Assembly: GCA_051362555.1 (NCBI GenBank)
Contig: CM120645.1
Location: 16,368,001-16,432,000, forward strand
Length of the DNA stretch: 64,000 bases
Reading direction: 5' to 3'
Source of the DNA: Lingula anatina
Taxonomy: Eukaryota; Animalia; Brachiopoda
Shown here one piece after another: positions 12,201-24,527 of this stretch. The first letter of the stretch is position 1. Every line of letters begins with the position of its first letter. The position numbers and the translations under genes are program-made. The notes beneath the pieces were generated by a model. That model worked only from the letters and a program-made list of their open reading frames with translations, did no database searches and had not been told where the DNA came from.

Positions 12201-15200
12201 TCTAGATTACTTTCAAAATAGCAAGTGTTCTAAATTTCTTTTAGAACACATCTTAGAGTTCTCAAAAAGTAACATTTGAACACGTGAAAAATGTTCTAAA
12301 TTTACATGTAAATGTGTTCTAAACAAAACACAAAAAAGAACATAAAAATGTTTTCTATATTTCACAACGCTTACTGTTCTAGCGTCAGAACACTGTTTAA
12401 AGCGTTCTCAAGATGTAACATTTGAACACGTAAAAAGTGTTCTAAATTTACATGTAAATGTGTTCTAAAAAACACAAAAAAAGAATATAAAAGTATGTTA
12501 TATATTTTACAACGCTTAGTGTTCTAGCGCCAGAACACTGTTTAAAGCATTCTCAAAATGTATCATTTGCACACTTAAAATGTATTCTGTTTCATGTTTA
12601 CGACGCGTTCCCGAACTTTGGAGTGTTAAAAGTGAGATTCTGCGCACAATTTGGACGCAAACAGCCCGTATACGAGCCCGTAAGGCCGGTTGTGACCGAG
12701 GCTTCATATAGAGACCCATGCTGTAGAAACCCTCTACACATAGGGTGGGCTTGATCCACCCCACTCCTAATGGGAATGAAAGTACATTTTGTACAACTAA
12801 AGTTGTTTTGTTAATACCCCTTTGCATCTGTTTTGCATCTATTTTGCAGCAAACTAAAAGGCTCCATCACACACACCCTAGTTTTGTTATTTAACCTTCA
12901 ACACCGGCACTATTTGTAATAGCACTGTAGTTTTTTTTTTTTTTTTCAAAATGCTACGAATGGCTTCTATTGTCAAGGAGATCACTGAAAACCTATTGAC
13001 TTGGTAAAAAGTACAAACAAGAGACCACCAGCCTGTAATTAATGATCAGATATCCCGCACGAAAACGCAGTAGATGCTCCAGCGCAGTAGACTACTGCAA
13101 TCATACTGCAAATATGCCTCAAATCTGCTTCGCATTGCGAGTTAATTAGCATATTTGAAACATGCTTCTATCATGCTGCTAATCTACTGCATTAATGCTC
13201 CTCCTCTGTACAACCCTATGCAATTTTTGAAGTAGAATTGCAGTAGGGTATACTGCATTTCTACTGTAAATATGCTCCACACCACTACTGCGTTAATGCT
13301 TCTTTGCTACTTCGATACTACTGCATTTTCGTGAGGGATTTACCATCGCAAGATCAAAAGTGTTTTGGGCAGTACATCTGATTAATTATCTATTGTTTCT
13401 TAATGCATTTTTATCTTCATATTTATATATTTTGTACAATGTAACCATTGGAGTGCGTTCTATTTTTTCCGGTGAATTAGTTTCATTGTCATACAGATTA
13501 TTGACCATAACCGTTACTACGTATACTTTATTTTCATTCAGTTTTTGCTTTCACCTTTTCATTAGTTTGGGACAATATATACCTTGTTTATTTTATGGTT
13601 ATTGGAACTGTACCAGCTTTTTGCTTTCAGCATTTTTAGGATTCTTTAGAGAGCCTTTTAAAGTGTATATTAGTCATCAATATAATTATTGAGACAAAGA
13701 AATGCTGGTCTAGGAGAAAAGTTACATAAAATGAATAAAGGTGCTGAAACAAGTTGTCCTAGTTATAATATTATTATATAGTAAAGTGAAATCAGTGATG
13801 ATTTCTGTGGGAAAATACCATAATGCAACACCCATCTCTCTCTTCTCTAGGATTAAAAAATACAATTCCCTTATTATTTACTTGTGCCACACTACAAGTA
13901 TTTAACATATAACTCCCTTTACACCACAAGACATGTTTCAATAGAGAAAGAAGTTGCCCTGCTTCATTAGACTGCATACAACAGGTATATTTGCCCCCCC
14001 CCCCCCCAACACATAAAACTCGTTAAATAATAAAATAATACAAAAAAAACAAATAATATTCTTTCACTCAGCAGATATATGCATAAACTTTATGAAAGTA
14101 AATTATTTTTAGAACTTGACGGTGGGCACTTTGCCAGTGGTTACCAGCATTCATCCTTTGGGCACTCATGCTTGGTCTGATGATGGTTCGACCTCCATAA
14201 TAACTAAAACTGAATACAAGCGCCACCGTTGGCAAGTTCTAACCCAAATGTCTTCAGCAAACCTATCCCAAAATTGACATGGAATAAGGAAATCTTATAT
14301 CAACGCTATGAATAAGTAGTTTCATTTCATCAGCAAACCAAACATGCACCCTTTTGCGCACGTAAAGGTAATGAAGGGTCCATTTTTAGGGGAGGTTTTC
14401 TCTCTGTTTGGTGAAGATTTTTCTTATAGGTACATCTGACCCTAGTCATTCAGTAGTCTGCTAAATTTCCTCTTTGAGCCTGTTTGTTACCATGTGGCCC
14501 ACTGAGAAAAAGCTGTCAATCTTCTCCTTTGAAGACACATCTGGTAGAGCATACGATTGTTAAGATACTTCATGGTATATTACCACTTCATGGGATAAAT
14601 GCTCTGATTTTACTGTCAAATCGACTTCATAGGATAAAATGCGACTTCATCTCCACATAACAAATTGTCCACCACAGGGAAAGCTTGACCAATATAAGCG
14701 TACCTAGCCGAGACAACCCCGTCCCCATTCCAATTCTGCCCCTATAGAACTTCACACTAGCTTCTGGTTGCAAAATGCGTTCCGGTTGAAAAAATCGTTT
14801 TCACGATATTCTTTGGTTGCAAAATGCGTTGCAGTTGCAAAATGCGGCTCTACACCAGTTGTATGAATCCCCAGCATTTCATTCTCCCCAACATCTATCT
14901 GGACAGTTGACGGTTTCAAACCTTCAGACTTCAGACTTTCCGACCTTAAGCGCTTTCATTAAGTATATAGGCCAGGAGGTCAATCTTTTTAAACGACCAA
15001 GGTATATTCGAAACATTTATGTTGCATATCAATAGAAAAGCCTATACTTCTATAACACGAATAATGGAATAGACGGTTTGTTAAAGATATTAATGTATAC
15101 CTAGTGTGGAGCAAAATTAAAAACTCTCTGCCTAGTAGAGTTCTCTACCTACAGTGGAAAGACATACATTCTTGCTACTGTGTACTAGCCACATCTATAA

Positions 15201-17273
15201 ACCTGCGCCGTCAATTAAATCACACATGGTCATTTTTATGCCCTAGTTTAAAGGCAGGGAATGTGTTTATTCATACTCTTCATTTGTCTTATACATCTAG
15301 TGCCTTAGACCCGCCATGATTCAACGTCCAAATATTATCAGTTTTTAATCGTCCTGATATCTGAAAAATCTCAAAACTAAATGGGTAAAACAAAAAACTA
15401 GCTTTATGCTTTCCGTCACTGGACCAGAACTCTTGAAATAAAGTACATTAATTATAATTAACCTCACGGGTATCTACGAGAACATCTGAAAATAACAGCT
15501 TCATTAAACTCCAACGAGATAAAATACGCACTATCATGTGATTGAGTAATGTAACTCCCCCCCCCCACCCCACACCCACCATTGCAAAACCACGCGTCAC
15601 TCTCGAAATCATGATCTAGAATGAAACATCATATCGACCTTCGCGCCTAATTTCCACATCCAACCAGAACTGAAATATTTTTGGATACAATGTACCATGA
15701 AGTGGCAATATACTACGAAGTCTCCTAAGGGTCCTTATTTTTTAACCAATGAAGTCGCCTTCTATCATGAAGTAGTAATTCTTATCCTATGAAGTGGTAA
15801 TATACTATGAAATATCTAAACATACGATCCTCCCAGGATGTAGTCCTAGGGGGAAACGGTGCCGATGCCTGATCACACATATTCCTTTGACCGCTGCCGG
15901 TGGGTGACATTACGGTTGATTGGTTCAAACGGAAACACCAAAAAAACCGTTTACGACCAGATAGCGCATCCAGAAAACTCACCAAGATCTTTAAGTCGAG
16001 ACTTTGCCAAGCAATAACTACAATGGACAAAACTTACTTGCGACAGTGAAACTATTTTCATATTTCTGACAATTGTGGCATGTAGTGAACTTTGAAATTA
16101 AATCATCTCCAGTTTCCGAAAAATTCCATTATTTTTGCAAGAGTAAACAAGGGTTTTATTTCTTTGGTAATTAGCGGTCACTTTTGGAAGTTCATGTTCA
16201 TGTTCTTCGCAACTTTAAGTATGTCCACTTGAATAGCTTTTATGCAATACACACTTAAAATGATTTGATGCAATTTTGTCCGAGGAAAATTGCACAAGTA
16301 TATTGCCTGGAGTATTATTGGAAAATTGAGAAAACCATAAAATACAATATGAGTGAAAAAAACTTCTTGCATTCAACTTACCCTATCTTCTTGTACTCCT
16401 CCTGACTTATCAGTCATAATGACGTAAATGAAGGCAAAGACGTCATTGTTGGCAATGAAGTTAAGAACCACGTCATCCATGGCACCACTCTCACCAATAC
16501 CAGGGCTGTCGATGATATACACACCACTCTAAGGGTATAATACGACTTTGTAAATGTATTTTGTGGATACTAAATATAAAGGCATCGTACCTCAAACAGA
16601 AAGTTTGGCAATTTTTCTGTGAAATTTTGCATGTATATACCAGTGTCCGATTCAGTTTCATGTCACAATTTTGCAGGTCGATCTCTAAGAAACACGATCG
16701 TTAGATCATTTTTCCATAAGCCATGTCTTCATAAAATACTACATTACCTTTAAAAGTTCCAATGGCAAATAAACATCGACCGTGCACTTTTCCTGTTTAC
16801 CCTCCCTGGCTGCACCCTTAGGGAATAGAACACGCTCTAAAGCCGAGCACAAATCATCAGGGTTCTTGATGGGGACCTTTAACGAATCTCGCCTGCCGTC
16901 AGGTTGTTGTACCACTTTGACTACTCCAGGGTTTTCTCCATACATTATTCTTGTGATCGCAGCTGTACAGCTTAAATGGGCCTCCGGTAGGATCTTCTTG
17001 CCAAGGAGAAGGTTCAAAAGCGTGCTTTTCCCCGAAGAAGTTTCGCCTTGAATGTGATAAAGCTTGTCAGTGAAAATAACATTATAGAGCCTTCATATCA
17101 CACTGCTAACAATGCCTTGACAAAGCACAATATAAAATACATGAATGAATGAACAGATAAATATAATGCAAATATAAAATATATAAAGTAAACCAAAACA
17201 TGAACGACGCAATCGACCAACACGCGAGCATGAATATAAAGGATAAAGGAAGAAAATGCTGCAAAGAGTAACC

Positions 17274-17316
<43 letters not shown>

Positions 17317-18925
17317 CATTGGTCAAAAAGGTTGTCCCACCTCCATTTCCATGTACTTTTATTTACAAATGATCACCTCACAGCTGTGATCTGTTAGAAA
17401 AAGTGCTTTTCATTACGGATACCGTGTCTAGCATGATTAATGGTTAAGAAAATACAAAATAGTGGTGGAAATATACACATTTTATACTATTTAGTATCCC
17501 CTCAAATCGACTGTTTCACTGTGACTTCTACAGATGTAAAGAAATGTCTATAAAATTGAAAAGACGCCATCAAATGTCACCAAATTCACACACAATCAGC
17601 ATTAGGGCGTGCTCGTTAAAGATCACGTGCCTAACAGCTTGTGCGTCTACCGCGTACTGCAATTATCTCCTGTAGACGGCGCGACAAGCCTTCAACACGG
17701 GTTACAAATCTGTTTTTGGGATACTGTCCCATTCTTCTTAAACAAGTTGGGGGAGTTGGTCCACGTTTTTATGGGTTGGTTCTCCTTTGCATTGCACACT
17801 TCATGTTACAGTTGATAAGTGAGTTTAATATCAGGGCTCAAAGCTGATGGTTCCATCCTTAGACCATTGTGTTTTTTCAACAAACACTTACCAGGTGACC
17901 AGTCATGATAAAGCCTGGAGTTAACCCCAAAGTCAGTACCTGAAGATGGAATGAGATATCAGCTACTTTCAGTGATCCCACAGGCACCTGAACCTGGCCA
18001 TTCATCACTGGAAGGAAGTCGATTTTGATGCAGAATCAAATTATTCATTGTATCCCATCGATGGTCAAAGATAGTCCATATACATGTTAAAAATGCCTCT
18101 TGGAAGGGTGTGTGTGTATGGTAATATCGCCTGAGGTGTTAGATCAATCCGCATTTGGAGAACATTCTAAGCCAATGGTATTAGTAAATTGTTCCTTTTG
18201 GAACAAAACGTAACAGGGGCATTTTTTTGTAACATTCTCAACAGAAATCTCACTCCATTTGCAAGAGGTGACTTCAGGGATGCTGCTGGCTCCATTGTGA
18301 CAACGCACTTGCTCACACTCTCGTCTGGCAAACGATTTGTTGCAGAAACACAGGGCTCTGAGGATGGGACAGCCGTCTTTGAGTCCTGATATTAATCGTA
18401 CTGAGCACCTGTGGCATAAATTGGAATGTGCATTGCAGAGGAGAACCAATTCCTAGAAATCTTAACCAATTCCGCCACGCTCTTTAGGATGAATGGGACT
18501 ATATCCCACAAAACAGGATTGTTACCCATGTTGAAGGCTTGTCGCGCCGTCTACAGGAGATAATTGCAGTACGCGGTAGACGCACACCCTGTTAGGCACG
18601 TGATTTTTAACAAGCAAACCCTAATACTGATTGTGTGTGAATATGGTGACATTTGATGGCGTCTTTTCAATTTTATAGAGATTTCTTTACATCTGTAGAA
18701 GTCACATTGAAACAGTCGATATGAGGGGGGTACCTCTTATAAATTTTACTAAATGGTAAAAAATGTGTATTTTTTCACCACTATTTTGTAATTTTAACCA
18801 TTAATCATGTTAGACACGGTATCCGTAATAAAAAAGCACTATTTCTAACAGTTCACAGCTCTGAGGTGATCATTTGTAAATAAAAGTACCAGGAAATGGG
18901 GATGGGACAACCTTTTTGACCAATG

Positions 18926-18980
<55 letters not shown>

Positions 18981-20290
18981 CTGATGATAACACAGTGAGC
19001 AAACATGCATTGTGTTTATGCTATGCAATCCATTGATAAAAGCCGGGCGGCGTTATAAAAAGTGTCCAGCTGTTAAAAGTTACTACTTTGGGTACTATCT
19101 CACTATTTCTGAGCTCAAATGTTTATATTATGACAAATAAGCAGAGGACGAGTACTAACTGGCCGATCAATTGATAATAAACAGTGACTTGTTTGATTGA
19201 TAACTCCTACCTGCTACAAGTATTGGGCAGTTACCAGTTTCGAGCATGTCGATCCTCTTTTGTACGTTTCCTTTCGCGCTCTCAGATAAAATATTCTCTG
19301 CTTCCAGTCTCTTTAAAATGCTCAGGTCAAGTAAGGGTAGAGAATTCTTAAGGGTTTCAAAAGTCGACTGAAGTGCGATTCTTCTTTGTTTGTCATTTTC
19401 TCGTAGTTCAGCGAAAACATCTGCAGCCTACAGATATATATATAAATAACGTTTGCACCCCGACCGGTTCTAACAATATATTCAATGTCCTCCCTGAATA
19501 TACTGTTGACACCTGCCCTCTTTGAGGGCAGCAGTTATTATATAGACATTTTCGATCAGGCACCGTATATAGTCTAGTGAGGTTTTTGAAAAAAGGCTCT
19601 GCATAAGAGGCAAGGGGCATTTTGGGGTAAAAGTTGGGAACCAGGCTTATTAGCATAATTTTGGGGTGCTGAATCCGATTTACCCGGTTCCCAAGCGAAA
19701 TTTTGCGTTTTTAACGGTCTAATTTGCAAAAAAACAATATGGCCGCCAGATTTCCTATTTTCTGCAGTATCTCTGGAACTAGACAGGCAAATATGACAAA
19801 TGAAGTGTCTTTACCTATATTTTCAGGGTCGAGGAACATTATTAAGATGTTTCTGTTAGAATTAGATTTACGCAATTTTCCTAAATATGCAAATTATGAT
19901 CGCCATTACTGAAAAACCGTTTTACTTCTGTATCTCTGTAACTAGGCAAGCAAACATGACAAATGAAGTGTCTACACCTATGTTCTCAGGGTCAGGGAAT
20001 GTGATAAATCAGATTTCTTGTCTGATGGGTAGCACTGACTTTGTGAATCATGTCCGAGTAGCACCTTTTATTGTTTCTTCCCTGTATCTGTCAAACACTA
20101 GTCAATCTGCTGATAGTTAGAACCTGCCTCCAGAACTGCTCTTACGTACGTGTCAGCCAAACTACCAAAGGTCACTGCATTGTCAGGCTTTCCCAGTGAA
20201 ATTGCCAGTGCTTGCCCATCAATTATAAGGTAAGGTGAGCAGAGGCGGATCCAGGATTATTTGAAGGGGGGAGTCCGCGGATGCAAAGCC

Positions 20291-20321
<31 letters not shown>

Positions 20322-23300
20322 ACTTGGCAACGGGTTAGGGGCCTGCTGAAGGGCCACGAAAAATTTTGGTATTTAAGGGGTGAACGGTGCCATTTGGTAT
20401 GGTTTACAAGTATGATTCAGCTAGTCAAAATTATAATTTCAAAGGGGGACCAGAATTCGAAGGGGGGGGGGGGGAGGGGGGGTCAGGACCCGCCTTACGT
20501 AATATGTGGCAGTTTCTCTGAGCAGTCCTCTTTGGCTGGTTACAGAATGCGTATAAAAGGGCAGCAGTTCTGCAGAATAAGTCTCTATATTTCGGCAACG
20601 TCCAGTCAGAGGTTTGCTATTTTGCAGACTCTTAGCTGACCTTACGGTATGTGAACTAACGGCAGCAACTTGCCACACTATTGTTGCATTATGCCAGAAT
20701 GGACAGAAGCACACTGCTATTGCCAGACAGCTAAATGTGTCCCAGGGAGCAGTTTCTAACGTCTTACAGAAACACACCCAGACTGGTGCATTAACACCAC
20801 GGCCAGGACGTCCTAAAGTCACCACCAGAAGGGAAGACCGCTTGCTTCTGCGATTATGTCGCAACAACCGGACAAAGACAACTCTTGCTGTACAAATTAC
20901 CTGTGGCAAATTACCTGTGGCAAATTACCATTCAAAAGCATGTTTCTAGAACTCTAGTGAATGCAAGGCTACTTTTAGCTGGTTAACTCTATGAACAGAG
21001 CAACATGGTGGGCTAGACGCCATTTGCGCTTCCAGGCACAGCACTGGGTTCATGTAGATTTTTACAGATGAGGCAGGGTTTGAGTTCCACCACCGCGATG
21101 GCTGAATCAGAGTCAGTAGGTTTCCAGACGAGTTACTGCATGAGGATTGTGTCACACTACAGTGACTTGTGGCCGTGGCAGTATCTGTGTATTGGCCGGT
21201 TTCCACTCTGGAGCCAAAACACTATTGGTGGCAATTGACGGAAAACCCAACCAGATAAAATACAGGGACGTTTTAGAGAATACTTGCTTGCAATTTGCAA
21301 GAAGGTACTTCCAGGACAACTTCATCCTGCAAGATGACAATGCCCGACCACACCATGCCCATGCAATAACTGCTTTTCTGCAAAACCAAGAGGTAAACCA
21401 GTTGCCTTGGCCGACGAAATTCCCCTGACAAGAATTCTATAGAAAATCTGTGGGCATAAATCGCTAGCAGAATCAAGAGCTTACCCGTCCACCCTACAAA
21501 TCGGCACAAGCTTAAGCAAGCTCTGACTAATGCGTGTTACACAATACTGGATCATACTCTCAGAAACCTCTCTGCATGGAATGAGGGCTCTGGTTGCAGT
21601 TAGAAGAGGCTGCACGTGTTGTTATCAGTTTCCATTTTTCACATTTGTCTTGATGATTCTTTTGTGTGAGAGAAAATCCTTACCAACTGATATTCTTGAT
21701 AATATCGAGTTCATAAGAATTTAATACCTCGTTGTTATCAGCTATAAAATTATCCATGCGCTGTTTATAACGCTGATTTGAATACGTATTTAAATTAAAT
21801 TTTTGATGATGTATTCACACGGGTTGATTTATTTAAGCCATATCGAACACGATAACAAGTGTTTTTTCATCTATTACTAATATATGGGAAAAATCAAAGA
21901 AAATATGTTTGAAAAAATCCATATTAAATGTGAAGTCTGTACATTGCATTACATGAATTACTTGGTTCAGCAAATCCCTCCATTGCATTAATAAGGTAAT
22001 CTTTTTTAAATCTAGGTAAAAGGGGCAGTTGCGTGATTCAATGTTTACATCCCAATGGCAGCGCAGTTTTTAATTGCAAAATTCAATTCAGATTCGAATA
22101 ATTGCTACAGTGTGACAGTGTAGCACTCATTGCTGATTTGATTATAGTGAAAATGTCTTAAGGTAGATCGGTCGTTACGTAATTTGACGATTTGCGCAAT
22201 TTCAGCGCATCGTCAATCGTCTCTAACGACACTTCGGTCTGTTTTATCAATTTGAGGGAATAAAACAGTTATCTATAAGATAAACACACATTATCAACTT
22301 GTATGTAACTCTGTATGATCGATACAGATTTTCAACAACGTTTGTCGACTATGATTCCATACGACAACTGTAGCACGTTCATAGACTTGCCCTTCAAGAA
22401 ATCGTCGGAATAGCTCCTTCTCCAATTTGATTTGGCACTAGAAAATGTATGACAGCTAAAGCTCACAAATTATGCAGTAGGTGCTATATCATGTAAAGAA
22501 TAAGTGTTGTAAATTCCAATCAAAGCGGCTGCGTACATTTTGAGGTAGAACGCCCTGAATGTGCTGCATACCGTAGCTTAGATTTCGACGAAAACCGGAA
22601 GTGCGTCGTAACGCCACTCATTTGGACTTAGAGAAATTTGGGCTGAGGAATATTTCGTAGCTTATACAAATGTTCAGAAAATGGCCATACAGCTTGAAGA
22701 AAATTCACTAATCAAAATTGAAACTGCGTTATATTATACAGAAAAATTGTGCACTTCTGACCTTGACTTGTCAGTGTAAACAAAGTGTACTGAACGCATC
22801 GAAAGCAAGCACGTGAATGCCGCATTTGATACTTTGTATCAGACGCTTCATTTTACTTGACAACACAGTGTTTACGATGTCACGTTCATGTTATATTCAT
22901 TAATTAACAACAGCGACAACAATAAACTATTTTCATATGCATGAGTATTTCCCTTATTACTCTCTTCAATAATTTTGTTGTAAAGTTAATGGCTTACACC
23001 TCATCAGTATGACAAATCTGAAAATAGCTGAGTATACTCTCTTTAACTGTTAAACATAATGAAATTTTTAAATGTTCTTAGATGTCTCTCCACACACACA
23101 CACAAAACAAGAAATCATAAAAAATAACGATTTAGTAAAAACACCCATTTTCCCATTGATTTGAATGGGGACTTCCGACTGTTGCGTCACGCAGGGTGTA
23201 ACGCACTTCAACTTGGCGTAGTTCTCTTATTTGGTCGGTGACCCCCAACTTTTTTGGCAAAATTAAAATCTACTTGGATGCCTCTTTACACAAAAAGTTT

Positions 23301-24479
23301 TTAAAAAAAATTCAAACGTCAGAAAGTCATAAAAAATAATGCTTTAGTGAAAAAACACTCATTTTCCCATTGATTTGAATGGGGATTAGTGCGTCACGCA
23401 GGGTGTAATGCGCTTCAACTTGGCGTAGTTCTCTTATTTGGTCCGTGACCCCCAACTTTTTTGGCAAAATTAAAATCTACTTGGATGCCTCTTTACACAA
23501 AAAGTTTTTTAAAAAAATTCAAACGTCAGAAAGTCATAAAAAATAATGCTTTAGTGAAAAAATACCCATTTTCCCATTGATTTGAATGGGGACTAGTGCG
23601 ATATGCAGGGTGTAACATATCTGGGCGTAGTTCTCTTATTTGGTCGGTGACCCCCAATTTTTTTTGCAAATTTTTAATGTACTTGGGTGTCTCTTCAAAC
23701 AAAAAAATTTTTAAAAAAATTCGAACGTTGGAACATGTAACGACCGATCTACCTTAATCACTTTCCCTAACGCTGAAAACATGGGTGTGGGCACTTCATA
23801 TGTCATGTTTGCTTGCCTAGTTAACGTAAAAGCAGTTCTGAAGGCAGGTTCTAACTATCAGCAGATTGACTTGTGTTTGACAGATACAGGGAAGAAACAA
23901 TAAAAGATGCTACTCGGACATGATTCACAAAGTCAGTGCTACCCATAAGACAAGACATCTGATTTATCACATTCCCTGACCCTGAGAACATAGGTGTAGA
24001 TACTTCATTTGTCATGTTTGCTTTCCTAGTTACAGAGATACAGAAGTAAAACGGTTTTTCTAACAGAAACATCTTAATAATGTTCCTCGACCCTGAAAAT
24101 ATAGGTAAAGACACTTCATTTGTCATATTCGCCTGTCTAGTTCCAGAGATATTGCAGAAAATAGGAAATCTGGCGGCCATATTGTTTTTTTGCAAATTAG
24201 ACCGTTAAAAACGCAAAATTTCGCTTGGGAACCGGGTAAATCGGATTCAGCATCCCAAAATTATGCCAAGAAGCCTGGTTCCCAACTTTTACCCCAAAAT
24301 GCCCCTACTATTCATCTTTTGTGGAAATCCCACTAGACTAATAGAAAACAACGTGAATTTAACCAGAGATTTAACTGCAAATATTTAGTAAAAATCAATA
24401 TGTGGTCTTTGTAGAGGGTTGTTGAAACTAACCCATGAAGATATTGTTGAAACAGGCCGTGGCGCAAAAGGCACTGTTC

Positions 24480-24527
<48 letters not shown>

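Larger units (their letters stand above)
19570..24340. mobile_element. Non-autonomous DNA transposon with long TIRs, Academ-like, containing nested elements
   Basis: Termini TAGTCTAGTG...CACTAGACTA, 3-bp TSD ATA, ~510-570-bp inverted arms (19570-20140 / 23830-24340) with internal subrepeats. TAG...CTA ends with a 3-bp TSD fit Academ (inference). Confidence 0.75.

Noticed and set aside
19724-24195. Duplicated MQKNNMAARF... ORFs on opposite strands
   Set aside because: They are translations of the two TIR arms of the Academ-like element.
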